From positions 8,366 through 72,365 of the forward strand of contig JBBDZC010000015.1 of the NCBI GenBank assembly GCA_040900375.1: 64,000 nt of DNA, written 5' to 3'. Source of the stretch: Candidatus Anderseniibacteriota bacterium. Lineage in GTDB: Bacteria > Patescibacteriota > Andersenbacteria > UBA10190. Of the stretch, positions 1 to 9,389 are shown piece by piece. Position 1 is the stretch's first letter. Each line of letters opens with the position of its first letter. The notes beneath the pieces are model-generated. The model was not told the origin of the DNA. It saw only the letters and a program-made list of their open reading frames with translations, and did not search any database. A program made the position numbers and the translations under genes.

Positions 1-401
1 AAATTATCACCGCTACCGTGACCCCCGTCACCACTAGCAGAGTCGAGATGTTCATTGCCATGCGCAACCGCAAGATCTATTTCTTACATTTCGTTTTAAA
101 CATCATTCCCCTCCTGGGAGGCGAACGGGCCATCACCAAACGGCTGTGGCAGAAGATCCCTGCCTACTATAAACAACGCTTTCGGATTGAAGCCGCTCTC
201 AATTTTTTTGCTACTCATGAGGGCCGCGGATTTTCTTACCAAGTCTTTCCTGGTCTCTCTCAAACCATTAAGGAAAAGAAACTGGGATTCTGGCCTGGGC
301 AACTGGCACGCTGGCGCATGATCCGTGATGTGATTGCCGCTGAATTGCACGTCCGTCAGCACTACGTCCGCGAATATCTGGTAAAAACAGCTAAGACTTA
401 G
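1..401 (+). CDS. C-terminal part of a probable glycosyltransferase (family 2-like); truncated by window start
   Basis: Frame is open back to the window edge; GGERA...FRIEAALN...IKEKK resembles C-termini of CPR GT2 proteins; faces a glycoside hydrolase cluster. Confidence 0.45.
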   Translation, partial: IITATVTPVTTSRVEMFIAMRNRKIYFLHFVLNIIPLLGGERAITKRLWQKIPAYYKQRFRIEAALNFFATHEGRGFSYQVFPGLSQTIKEKKLGFWPGQLARWRMIRDVIAAELHVRQHYVREYLVKTAKT

Positions 402-504
402 GGAACGAGGCGTGTTCATTAATCTGACTCAACCAGGGCTACCAGCCGCCGAGAGAAGTGACGAGCACAGATCGCAAGGGAGTACCCAACATTCCGCGAG
501 AGGC

Positions 505-1506
505 TCACGGTAAGAAAAAAGTGCGGGCTAGCTCCCAATACGCCGGGTTATTGTTTTTTTCTTTCTCCCAGTACCAGTATTCACTCCCCCACCAGTAAGC
601 CAGAGGCAGCTGGGTGCGCCGCGCAAATTGCTGCAACACCCACAAACGACGGACCGGAAAAGCCGCTTCGCGCTCCGCCGCTGACATTTGCACAAACGGC
701 TTCGCTCCCCACGGCTCACCCTGGAGTTCAGAAATAATCACCCCTTTACCCCGAACAACACCAACGAGACGGGCCTTAAGCCGGTAGAACCAAGCCGGCA
801 TAAGATAATCATAGGCAAAGAGCCGCCCTGTCCGCTGTGAGAAAACAGTTCGATACATCGTCGTCCCAAAAATATCACCAAACTGCGCTGTCTCAAGCCA
901 CCAGCTAAGCTCGCCTGAATCAGTCACTAAAATTGGCTGGGTATCAAGATCACGAATAGTCTCTTGCTGCTGACGCAGATACAGCGCATCGGGCGGCGGG
1001 CAAATACCGAAATCAAAAAAAGGTTCATTTTCGAGCTGCCACATTGTCAGACTAGGATGGTCCCGGTAGCGCCGGGTGACCACCGCGAGCATGGCCAGAG
1101 CATGTGATTGCTGCTCTGCTTCTGATAAGTCGCGGGCCCAGGCGGGTATATGACACTCCGGCCAACGCGGTAATTTCCGGCCCACGGCCAGCACTACTTC
1201 CGCGTCGTAGTGCTGCGCCATATCCATTTGGTAATCAAGGTCCGCAAAATCAAATTTTCCTGACTCGGGCTCAATCTCATCCCAGTAGGCAGCCAAACGC
1301 AGGTGCTTCACGGCTAAATCTTCTAAGAGCGCCCGATATGTCACTTGCCAATCGAGCCCGAGGCCGACCGCCTGCCGAGGAGAAAAGGTAACACCATACA
1401 CCTGCTGGAAAGACCCCGCCTGCGGCCAGGTTAACAGGAGGCCACCGACAATGAGTACACCGCTTAAAATTAATCCCAGACCAAGCCCCACCGGCAGCAG
1501 CTTCAT
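505..1506 (-). CDS. Membrane-anchored clan GH-A glycoside hydrolase (beta-galactosidase/GH42-like)
   Basis: N-terminal TM segment, WDEIEP, WQLENEP acid/base motif, ISELQ nucleophile motif; ATG at 1506 overlaps the upstream stop. Confidence 0.75.
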   Translation of the reverse strand: MKLLPVGLGLGLILSGVLIVGGLLLTWPQAGSFQQVYGVTFSPRQAVGLGLDWQVTYRALLEDLAVKHLRLAAYWDEIEPESGKFDFADLDYQMDMAQHYDAEVVLAVGRKLPRWPECHIPAWARDLSEAEQQSHALAMLAVVTRRYRDHPSLTMWQLENEPFFDFGICPPPDALYLRQQQETIRDLDTQPILVTDSGELSWWLETAQFGDIFGTTMYRTVFSQRTGRLFAYDYLMPAWFYRLKARLVGVVRGKGVIISELQGEPWGAKPFVQMSAAEREAAFPVRRLWVLQQFARRTQLPLAYWWGSEYWYWEKEKNNNPAYWELARTFFLP

Positions 1507-2417
1507 ACAATAAGTCCTAAACCCGCGGCAACACAGAGAATGCCGGCAAATTTTTGCATGAGGGCCACTCGTCCTAGCTCCTCTCGCCACAACCCAGGCA
1601 ACCAATATGAGATGGCAGCTGCCAAGATTAGTAAAAAAATGTATTGCATGCCCTGCAGGGCATTGACAATCGCCACACTGCCGAGGCTGATGGCATAATG
1701 CTGCAGCAGAAAAGCGCTACCGGCGAGCACTTTGTTGCTGACAAAGATGACGGGTGCCAAGAAGCTGGCACGAGTCTTGGGCGAAGAGACAACACGCGAC
1801 GAGGAGCGAAAACGAAGAACCAGGGGACCAAGCACAATCAGGGCCACAGCTGCCTCAATCAGCCGACTGTAAATAAAGACGGGTAAAAATGCTTCCGTCG
1901 CATCATAAAGATATTTGACAATCACAAAATGAAAGGCAAAGAAAAGACCCGCGCCCAGGGTTAAGCCTTTCACAGAGCCAGGCAAGGGCTGGCTGTGGCC
2001 AAAACGCAGTGATAACAGTGCTCCTCCTGCAAGTAATAAAACAATTGCCAGGAATTGTTGTGTCCTGACTATCTCCCCTAAAGCTCCCATGGCAATAATC
2101 ACGGTAAAGAGAGCCACCGCTGAACCGGTCAGCGGGACAACACGGGTTGCTTCGGTCGCTTTCAGAGCCGTGAAAAAAAGCCACAGCGCTACAATTCTCG
2201 CTCCCCCCGCCACCAATGCCCAGCCAAGAATAAATGAGCTCCAGGGTAAACTAACAAACGGTAGGAAAACAATCACGCCGCCCGTGATGACTGCCGAGTA
2301 AAAAGTATATCGCAGAGGCTGTGCCACAACACTCTTACCCGAAAGCAAACTCTTATCAACGATCAAGACGAGCGCATTACCCAAATGAGCCCCCAGTGCG
2401 AGAAAGAGCCAAATCAT
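1503..2417 (-). CDS. EamA/DMT family transporter
   Basis: About 10 hydrophobic segments in two repeated halves; likely start MIWLF at 2417. Confidence 0.8.
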   Translation of the reverse strand: MIWLFLALGAHLGNALVLIVDKSLLSGKSVVAQPLRYTFYSAVITGGVIVFLPFVSLPWSSFILGWALVAGGARIVALWLFFTALKATEATRVVPLTGSAVALFTVIIAMGALGEIVRTQQFLAIVLLLAGGALLSLRFGHSQPLPGSVKGLTLGAGLFFAFHFVIVKYLYDATEAFLPVFIYSRLIEAAVALIVLGPLVLRFRSSSRVVSSPKTRASFLAPVIFVSNKVLAGSAFLLQHYAISLGSVAIVNALQGMQYIFLLILAAAISYWLPGLWREELGRVALMQKFAGILCVAAGLGLIV

Positions 2418-2463
2418 GTGGTATTCAGTATATCGTTTTTCCGGGGGCGTGCGTACTCTCCCA

Positions 2464-3642
2464 TCAGTGTCGCCGCAATGATTGTTCAATAATCGCCTTG
2501 TACGCGTAGGCACTCGGCCGCGGCAGTCGCTGCTGTGTCTGATAATCAACTGCTACTAAACCAAACCGGGGAGTGAAGCCATCAGCCCATTCAAAATTAT
2601 CGAGAAGTGACCAATGCAAATAGCCGCGCACGTCCACGCCCACCGCTTGTGCCTGCTCAATGGCCCGCAGGTGGGAACGGATAAAATCAGGGCGTTGACT
2701 ATCGGTGGTGTCCGCCACTCCATTTTCTGTAATATAAATCGGCAGATTATACGACTGCAGCGCCTTGAGGATGTGAGTCAGCCCTTCAGGCCTGATTGGC
2801 CAGCCCAGATCAGAAGTCGCTCCTGACCACGGCTGATTATACATAAAAGGCCAGCGCCATGCTGCCCGCTTAGTGACCGAAAAATAGTAATTAATACCTA
2901 GGTAATCATGCGCGCCGCGGGTCAGCGCGTACCAACGCTGCTTGGAACCCCAGTTAAGCACCGCGACCACAAACCGGTCAGCGCGCGAAGTCGGTCGAGC
3001 CGGGAAATAGCCAATGACACTATGGGCCATCCCCACCCGGGCACGGGGCAGATAGCGATGAATAACGTGATAGGCCTGGATGTGCGCCGCGGCCATGTGG
3101 TCAATGACTGTCAGCACCCGCTGCCAACTATGCTCGTGCGGTGGCCAGCGCTTATGCCAATAACTCATCGTCGCGTAGACATGTGGTTCATTGATTGTCA
3201 CCCAGTAATCCACTAAATCTCCCAGCTCCTGTACGACGCGCTCGACATACTGGGAAAAAAGCGCCGCCGCCGAGGCGTCGGCCCAACCTCCAGCCTGGGC
3301 AAACCAGAGCGGATTAGTAAAATGGTGCAGCGTTACAAACGAGGTGAGCGATTCGCGTTTGAGTGTTAGTAAAACCTGTCGATAGTGCGCCAGCGCTCGT
3401 GAGTTATACACTCCCGGCCGAAGCTCAATTCGGCTCCACTCAAGCGAGAGGCGATGAGCATTGTGGCCCAATTGTCGAGCGAGAGCAAAGTCCTCGCCAT
3501 ACCGCTCGTAGTGTTCGCAGGCTCGGCCGGAGCGAAAAGTGACTGGCCGTTGCTTCTCCCACGCCCACCAGTCGTTGTGAATGTTACCTCCCTCCACTTG
3601 ATGGGCGCTGGTGGCCGCACCCCAGAGGAACGCCGTATTCAT
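2464..3642 (-). CDS. Glycoside hydrolase family 1 (beta-glucosidase)
   Basis: FLWGAATSAHQVEG, TINEP, ITENG and DNFEW motifs. Confidence 0.95.
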   Translation of the reverse strand: MNTAFLWGAATSAHQVEGGNIHNDWWAWEKQRPVTFRSGRACEHYERYGEDFALARQLGHNAHRLSLEWSRIELRPGVYNSRALAHYRQVLLTLKRESLTSFVTLHHFTNPLWFAQAGGWADASAAALFSQYVERVVQELGDLVDYWVTINEPHVYATMSYWHKRWPPHEHSWQRVLTVIDHMAAAHIQAYHVIHRYLPRARVGMAHSVIGYFPARPTSRADRFVVAVLNWGSKQRWYALTRGAHDYLGINYYFSVTKRAAWRWPFMYNQPWSGATSDLGWPIRPEGLTHILKALQSYNLPIYITENGVADTTDSQRPDFIRSHLRAIEQAQAVGVDVRGYLHWSLLDNFEWADGFTPRFGLVAVDYQTQQRLPRPSAYAYKAIIEQSLRRH

Positions 3643-3670
3643 ACCGCTAAAGCGTGAGCGATTCCTCTCT

Positions 3671-3910
3671 TTAGGAGAGCCGGTTGAGCGAAGACGGCGG
3701 TGAGGGCGGTTCTTGTTCCCGGACCAGTAACCACCCGACCACTATCAAAAGCAGTATGGCAACAGTCGGCACGAGGTGAAGCCGCGCCTCAAGTTCTGGC
3801 AAACGGAGCTCGGGGCTCGTGAGGTAAAATCGATACATTCCCCACCCTCCACCCACTGTCACTACAAAAGCAAGGCCGAGCAAGAAACGAATAACCGTAG
3901 TATGCTTCAT
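3671..3910 (-). CDS. Small two-TM membrane protein
   Basis: 79 aa ORF with two hydrophobic helices, co-oriented with neighbours. Confidence 0.6.
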   Translation of the reverse strand: MKHTTVIRFLLGLAFVVTVGGGWGMYRFYLTSPELRLPELEARLHLVPTVAILLLIVVGWLLVREQEPPSPPSSLNRLS

Positions 3911-4137
3911 TGTTGCAGTATACCATCTTTATTCCTACCTCACTTCTTCCTCCAAACTACCTTACAAGTAACAGAATACCCGCGGCGGACCCGTGGGTAT
4001 TCTTATAAAGAACCATGTCGATAATCTTTGTGCTGGGATGAGCTGCCTGGTTGAGCCGCACCGGACAAGAAGGTAGGCAGATGGGCCTACTACATGATTA
4101 AGAAGTACTATGGACAGCTTAAGCCAAGCTTTTCTCT

Positions 4138-5004
4138 CTAGAGATGAGCACGCACAACACTTTGTCGCTGACGTAACCGATTGAGAGCAGAATTCTGTAA
4201 CTGGCGCACTCGCTCTCGACTAATCCCAAACTCTTGTCCAATATCTTCAAGAGTATGAGGATCATTATCTCCGAGACCGAAACGCAATTCAACGATCTTC
4301 TTCTCTCGCGACGGCAGTGTCGAAACGGCCTGGCGAACCGTATGGCGGACGATCTCTGTCCGGGCGACTTGATCAGGCTGCGGGGCTTCAGCGTCTTCCA
4401 GGAGATCTTGTAATTGCGTCTCTTCACTATCTTCCCCTCCCCGGACCGTGCGATCAAGTGAGACAATATCCGCTGACGATTCCTCTAAACGATGAATTTC
4501 TGGCAATGAGAGGTGCATCTCACCGGCCAGTTCTTGGGCCGTTGGTGTGCGGCCGAGAAGCTGGTACAGACGCTGACGAGTTCGCTGCATTTGGAGCACA
4601 CGATCAACCACATTTTCGGGAAGACGAACAATCCGCCGTGACTTTAAAGCTCTCAAGATCGCTTGCTTAATCCAATAGACACCGTAGGTTGAGAAACGCG
4701 TTTTCCGCTCTGGTTTAAAACGATCAACAGCCCGCATCAAACCAAGGTTGCCTTCTTGGATAAGATCCATCAATATGTCCGGGTCATTCGCCGGGGCATA
4801 CTTCTTGGCAATATTCACAACGAGTCGCAAGTTAGCGCGCATCATCCGCTGCCGCGCTGCTTCGTCATTATACGTTTGGATGCGTTCCGCTAAAGTTTGT
4901 TCCTGTTCAGGGGTGAGTAGTGGAGTTTGTCCAATTTCTTGCAAGTATTGAGAGAGAATTGAGCCGGATTTTTTGCTGGTAAGTTCAGGCATAACATAGT
5001 TCAC
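4138..5004 (-). CDS. RNA polymerase sigma-70 factor, RpoD/SigA-like, lacking region 1.1
   Basis: YLQEIG (1.2), NLRLVVNIAKKY, DLIQEGNLGL, RFSTY..YWIKQAI (region 2), TLEDIGQEFGISRERVRQ (4.2). Confidence 0.93.
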   Translation of the reverse strand: MNYVMPELTSKKSGSILSQYLQEIGQTPLLTPEQEQTLAERIQTYNDEAARQRMMRANLRLVVNIAKKYAPANDPDILMDLIQEGNLGLMRAVDRFKPERKTRFSTYGVYWIKQAILRALKSRRIVRLPENVVDRVLQMQRTRQRLYQLLGRTPTAQELAGEMHLSLPEIHRLEESSADIVSLDRTVRGGEDSEETQLQDLLEDAEAPQPDQVARTEIVRHTVRQAVSTLPSREKKIVELRFGLGDNDPHTLEDIGQEFGISRERVRQLQNSALNRLRQRQSVVRAHL

Positions 5005-5330
5005 TTAAGGGCAAAAATAGCTATACATCTGTCCTTCTCACAATTAATAATGTGTTTAAAGAACCACTTTGTGGTACTGTCGATGGCTCTTTAAATTTAC
5101 AGGAATCGTCCTGGCAACGTGACGGCAAGTAAATGGCCGCCTCTACTATATACTTTTCCGTAATCGGCCGCCGCCGTCAAGAACGCCAAGCGGATGATTG
5201 ACAGCTCTGCCTGACACTACCCGCTTCATCAATGAAATATTTTTCGCGCACGGCAGCCGCTTCTACCTAAAAACTGGTTACAGCCAAAGTCTATGAAACA
5301 TACATTGTTGCTAAGTACCGACAGCCCCAT

Positions 5331-5888
5331 CTAAACACGCTCGACATAGGTCCCCGTTCGGGTGTCGATGCGAATAATATCCCCCTCGTTAATAAACAGT
5401 GGCGCTTTGACACGCCGCCCTCCCTCAATCACGACTTCTTTCATGACATTAGTAGAAGTATCGCCCCGGATACCAGGCGGAGCTTCAATTACTCGACGCT
5501 CAATCTTGATCGGCATATCAAGACTGACCGGCTTGCCCTCGAAGAAGAGAATTTCGATTGTCTGTCCCTCCAGTAAATATTGGAGGAGATCGCCCAGAAG
5601 TGCTGCTGATAGTTCAATCTGTTCGTAGGTACTTTGGTCCATAAACGTGTAGACATCGCCACTGCCAAAGAGATACTGGAACCCTTTGCGCTCAATCTCT
5701 GCTTCTGGCACCTTATCTGACTGCTGAAAAGAATGTTCTCGTGTCTGCCCAGTTTTAATGTGCTTAAGAATAGAACGAACCACCGGCTTGCGTTGTTGCT
5801 TACGCAAAAACTCTGCCGAGACCACCACGTACGGCTCACCATCTAAATTAATCATTTTGCCCTTACGAATGTCGTTAAGCCCTAACAT
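5331..5888 (-). CDS. efp: Elongation factor P
   Basis: 185 aa; QYLF, FMDQSTYEQ, PGIRGDT, PLFINEGD.IRIDTRTG.Y motifs. Confidence 0.95.
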   Translation of the reverse strand: MLGLNDIRKGKMINLDGEPYVVVSAEFLRKQQRKPVVRSILKHIKTGQTREHSFQQSDKVPEAEIERKGFQYLFGSGDVYTFMDQSTYEQIELSAALLGDLLQYLLEGQTIEILFFEGKPVSLDMPIKIERRVIEAPPGIRGDTSTNVMKEVVIEGGRRVKAPLFINEGDIIRIDTRTGTYVERV

Positions 5889-5933
5889 AGCGTAGTTACC
5901 ATAGCGCAGGATACGGGTGTTTGACTAGATGCT

Positions 5934-6308
5934 CTACTGCCCCTCCGCAAACGTGCAGTCAGGGAGGAGCGAAACCCGTGTCCCATCGTTCATTAAACAA
6001 TTTCGGCCTGGCGTCAGCACTCTCGCCATTCCCGGCATAGGTGACAAAGACTCTTCGAGCCGCGGCGCAAAGACACTTTCGACCGGCGGCGTAATCTTGA
6101 GCGGTGGAAAATGCGGTAAAGACATGCTCCTGTCATCAGCCAGCAGGGGACGCACGCTGGGCTCTTCTCCTCCCTCTGGCAACTGGAAAAAAGCCAGCCA
6201 GCGAGATGCAGAAAACGGCCCAAAGGTCGCATAACCCGCTCCCAACAATATGCCGCCCAGCAGGAAGATGGTTAAAATAAGAATCCGCACGGTGCGCCAC
6301 AATACCAT
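5934..6308 (-). CDS. Hypothetical membrane-anchored protein
   Basis: N-terminal TM segment and Pro-rich linker; upstream of efp. Confidence 0.55.
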   Translation of the reverse strand: MVLWRTVRILILTIFLLGGILLGAGYATFGPFSASRWLAFFQLPEGGEEPSVRPLLADDRSMSLPHFPPLKITPPVESVFAPRLEESLSPMPGMARVLTPGRNCLMNDGTRVSLLPDCTFAEGQ

Positions 6309-6382
6309 ATATGTCTTTGCCCGCTCTTAAAATAAATTCTGACAACAACCAACCTCTCTCTCTACTCTTGTACGCCCCAAAT

Positions 6383-6494
6383 GTCAACCCATTCGACTCC
6401 ACGGTCTAAAGGCCGTGGCTTGCTTAAGGGTTGACTCTAAAGCCGCGCGTATCTCCACCCTGAAGGGTGGAGCTTGCGCGAGTCGAAGAGTCAA
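6383..6494. mobile_element. Palindromic non-autonomous element, family A, copy 1
   Basis: 112 nt, GTCAA at both ends; identical to 58634-58745 and homologous to 17309-17418; two internal hairpins. Confidence 0.85.
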
Positions 6495-6686
6495 CCTGAG
6501 TTAGTCGAAGGGTGAGCCGATCGAATGGGTAAGTCATGAGCACTTACCCAGAAAAATTTAGTTGCCCCCTGATCTCCCTCGCCTGCTCCTGAACTCATAT
6601 TTCTTGGAACTTCTGGCATAGCTATGTACACTAAATAAAGGTGATATTAAATCATAACTACTTCTTTATAAGGAGGTGAGTTAGAT

Positions 6687-6833
6687 ATGATGGGAACATG
6701 TAAGAGCTGTGGCGCAGAGAATGTAGAAGTCAACGAGCAGGGTTTGTGTGCTAATTGCGCCGCTAAGACGGATGGACAAGCAGGTGGACCAGGAAGTGCG
6801 GATACTCCTGGTGGGGACATGGCAGCTGCCTAA
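6687..6833 (+). CDS. Small 48-aa putative zinc-ribbon protein (CxxC-12-CxxC)
   Basis: Strong SD AAGGAGGTGA at 6670-6679; MMGTCKSCGAENVEVNEQGLCANCAAK...; terminator follows. Confidence 0.75.
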   Translation: MMGTCKSCGAENVEVNEQGLCANCAAKTDGQAGGPGSADTPGGDMAAA

Positions 6834-6865
6834 TACCCTAAACTCGTCGACGAGTTCTTAACCTT

Positions 6866-6902
6866 ACAAACCCCAGCCCTTATTCAGAGGCTGGGGTTTT
6901 GT
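6866..6902. terminator. Bidirectional intrinsic terminator
   Basis: AAACCCCAGCC...GGCTGGGGTTTT hairpin between convergent genes. Confidence 0.75.
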
Positions 6903-6918
6903 TATGTTGGGACCTTAT

Positions 6919-7695
6919 TTATAGCACTAATTGGTGCCCATGTTGGCGTAACCAGCGCCGGTGCTGCGCGTAGCTAGGATCCCAGGCCGATACCATCTGC
7001 CAAAAGGCAGGCGAGTGGTTAGCATGCTGCAGGTGGGCGACTTCATGAGCGGCTACTGAATAAGCTATTACCTCCGGTCCCAGGACTAACCGCCAGTTAA
7101 ATGACAGGCGGCCTTGTCCAGAACAACTCCCCCACTGGGTAGTCTGCTCGCCAATGCGAATCGACCGAATATGAATTCCCCGGGGGGCACCAAGCTCCTG
7201 GCAAACACGGGAGAAATATTCCCGCGCCTGCCGGCGGTACCAGCGGGCGAGCACCGGTCGGATAAGGGTTTGCGGGTGAGTGGTAACAGTGAGATAGCTT
7301 CCGGCAAGCTCCACTCGAGAACGACGGCTCTGCTCCCGCTGGCAGAGTGTCAAAATATACTCGTGCCCAAGCAGTGGTAGATACTCGCCTGCCGTAAATG
7401 TCCGCCGCGGTATTGTCCGGCCACGAACTTGGTAGCGATCAAGACAGCGCTGGAGCCAGGCTTTTTTGTGGGCAACAAATTGATGGGCAACCGACCCTGA
7501 CATGCGCCACGGTAGCACGACTTCAATCTCACCGCGCGCGTCAACATGTAGTAAAACATGCCGTGCTCGTCGGCTCCGGCGTACGCCATAGGCATGCTGC
7601 TGCCCATCTGCCAGGATGGTATAATGCCAAGACACAAGAGCAGAGGCTCGCTTATTTTTTTCTTTACCTTTACGACGCATTTGGGTATGGTTCAT
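6919..7695 (-). CDS. YgjP/DUF45-like (M48/SprT-like) zinc metalloprotease-domain protein
   Basis: WGSCS, LSFNWRL, AHEVAHL..ANHSPAFW motifs. Confidence 0.9.
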   Translation of the reverse strand: MNHTQMRRKGKEKNKRASALVSWHYTILADGQQHAYGVRRSRRARHVLLHVDARGEIEVVLPWRMSGSVAHQFVAHKKAWLQRCLDRYQVRGRTIPRRTFTAGEYLPLLGHEYILTLCQREQSRRSRVELAGSYLTVTTHPQTLIRPVLARWYRRQAREYFSRVCQELGAPRGIHIRSIRIGEQTTQWGSCSGQGRLSFNWRLVLGPEVIAYSVAAHEVAHLQHANHSPAFWQMVSAWDPSYAQHRRWLRQHGHQLVL

Positions 7696-7697
7696 GC

Positions 7698-8027
7698 ATG
7701 TTTAAATTATGGCCAAAGAAAAAAGCAGACAGTGATGAGTCAACTCCCGCCCTGCGCTGGGATGAGCGAGCAACCCAGGGACTAGAGCAGGCCTTGAGCC
7801 AGGCTCCAGTGCCTGGCCCCTTAAAAGGCCGCGTTAAAAAGGAATTAGTCCAGGCGGCTGAAGATGCTGCTCGCCAGAACAAACATACCACCGTAACCGC
7901 TGAAGATCTCATGCAGGGCCTCTTGGCCAAATTACCCGCTTCGATGCGCAACCGGGTCGAAGACGCCCTTAGCGGCGGGCCTGATAAACTTCAGGCACTT
8001 CAAAAAGATCTCGAGAATCAGAAATAG
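7698..8027 (+). CDS. Small protein with a PCP_red/DUF2621-like helical domain
   Basis: W..A...L...P.P...RVKK...AE..AR...VTAED pattern; ATG at 7698. Confidence 0.55.
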   Translation: MFKLWPKKKADSDESTPALRWDERATQGLEQALSQAPVPGPLKGRVKKELVQAAEDAARQNKHTTVTAEDLMQGLLAKLPASMRNRVEDALSGGPDKLQALQKDLENQK

Positions 8028-8296
8028 TCTTGAACATCATCTGGATATTCGGGAAAATGTTTTTCCACCTCGCTTAAGCTAAATTGCGCGGCAATTGCCT
8101 CGGGCTCTTCCCGCGCCAGTAAGAACGTAAAGGTCGCTTGCACCAATTCGTGCGGCTCCACGTCGCCACCGTATCGTTCGTACTCATCCTCCGACACACT
8201 AACACCATACTCGCCAACCACTTCCTCGTCCTCACGAAGCATCACTCGATACTCGAGCGGTTCTTCGCCTACTTTTTCAACAACAATGTCAGGCAT
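8018..8296 (-). CDS. Acidic conserved hypothetical protein
   Basis: P.ELV..TF.FLL.RE..E.I...F.L..V...FPEY pattern recognised from small conserved proteins. Confidence 0.7.
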   Translation of the reverse strand: MPDIVVEKVGEEPLEYRVMLREDEEVVGEYGVSVSEDEYERYGGDVEPHELVQATFTFLLAREEPEAIAAQFSLSEVEKHFPEYPDDVQDYF

Positions 8297-8536
8297 ACTG
8301 GTTAAAAGTCTTCTGGCTGGTCATACCCCGTAGAGCTACTTCGATATGTCCGGCGTAGGCCGGACAGCGGTGAGGGAGAGCGGTGACTGACAAATAAGGT
8401 TGGTAGGTATTATATCCATAGACTTAAAAACCAGGGTGATCGAGGTGATTCTACAGGGCATGGTTGCTATTTTAACCAACACTAAAAAGACAGCAAGCGA
8501 CAGTTCTTCACATGGGCTGGCAGCCCCTTAAAATCG

Positions 8537-9325
8537 TTATCGGGCCTCCTCGCCGCGTTCCACCTGTATTTGTTGGTAAATCTTTTCCGCATGCCGAAAA
8601 TCATCAGGGGTATCTAAGTCAGTGCTGGTACGAGGGTCTAACACGTACCCATGAATATTGTCGCCCCAGACATTGTCGTACTGTAAACACTCGGGACGGA
8701 GAACAAATTTTCGCCGTGTGATATCAATTTGTCCATCTTGAAAGTACACCGGAAAGAGCTCTTGGATTTTCTGCCGAGGTTGATCAGGCCCGCGCTGCCG
8801 GCGGTACTTGCTATCAAACACGGGAATTAATTTGCCATCTTTCTGTCGCTGCCACATTTTATAAGGGTGCAGCGGCGTGGGAATAACACTCTTGAGTCCA
8901 TCGGCCCCTGTCTGCTGCAGGTGAGTAATGGCTTCATCAATGTCAGCGGGAAACCGCAAGGGGCTGGTCGGCCGTAAATTGACGAGCAGTTCGGGTATCC
9001 AATCAAACTCGGCTTCCATCCAAGTGACCGCGTGGTGGTAAAATCCGGCGTCCCCGCTGGTAGGCTGGGAATATTCACTCGGGCGCGGGGCTACCAGTGC
9101 TCCCAACTTCCGGGCTTCGTCGGCGATCTCGGCATCTTCGGTAGAAACAATCACCGCATCAATTTTCTCGGCCGCCAACGCTACTTCTACTGCCCACGCC
9201 AGCAGCGTTTTACCGCCTAGTTTTTGCAGGTTCTTCCAGGGAGTACTTTGTTTTCCGGCGCGGGCTGGGATAATCGCTACCACCTCGACTGGCTCTCGCT
9301 TGGGGTTACTGACTTTATTTTTCAT
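8537..9325 (-). CDS. neuA: Acylneuraminate cytidylyltransferase (NeuA-like CMP-nonulosonate synthetase)
   Basis: AIIPARAG..., KN...GGK.L, VSTED, LRPTSPLR, DLDTPDDF motifs. Confidence 0.88.
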   Translation of the reverse strand: MKNKVSNPKREPVEVVAIIPARAGKQSTPWKNLQKLGGKTLLAWAVEVALAAEKIDAVIVSTEDAEIADEARKLGALVAPRPSEYSQPTSGDAGFYHHAVTWMEAEFDWIPELLVNLRPTSPLRFPADIDEAITHLQQTGADGLKSVIPTPLHPYKMWQRQKDGKLIPVFDSKYRRQRGPDQPRQKIQELFPVYFQDGQIDITRRKFVLRPECLQYDNVWGDNIHGYVLDPRTSTDLDTPDDFRHAEKIYQQIQVERGEEAR

Positions 9326-9389
9326 GCTTGCTTATTACCATGTCCTCGACAAAAAACCAAGCGCCACCCACACTAACAACAACCTCATT

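Noticed and set aside
6495-6550. CCTGAGTTAGTCGAAGGG...CGAATGGGT next to family A copy 1
   Set aside because: Looks like a fragment of another REP-like unit, but there is no second copy in the window to define it.
7398-7697. N-terminal extension of the 7398-8027 ORF
   Set aside because: Antisense overlap with the well-supported metalloprotease gene; the ATG at 7698 is more plausible.
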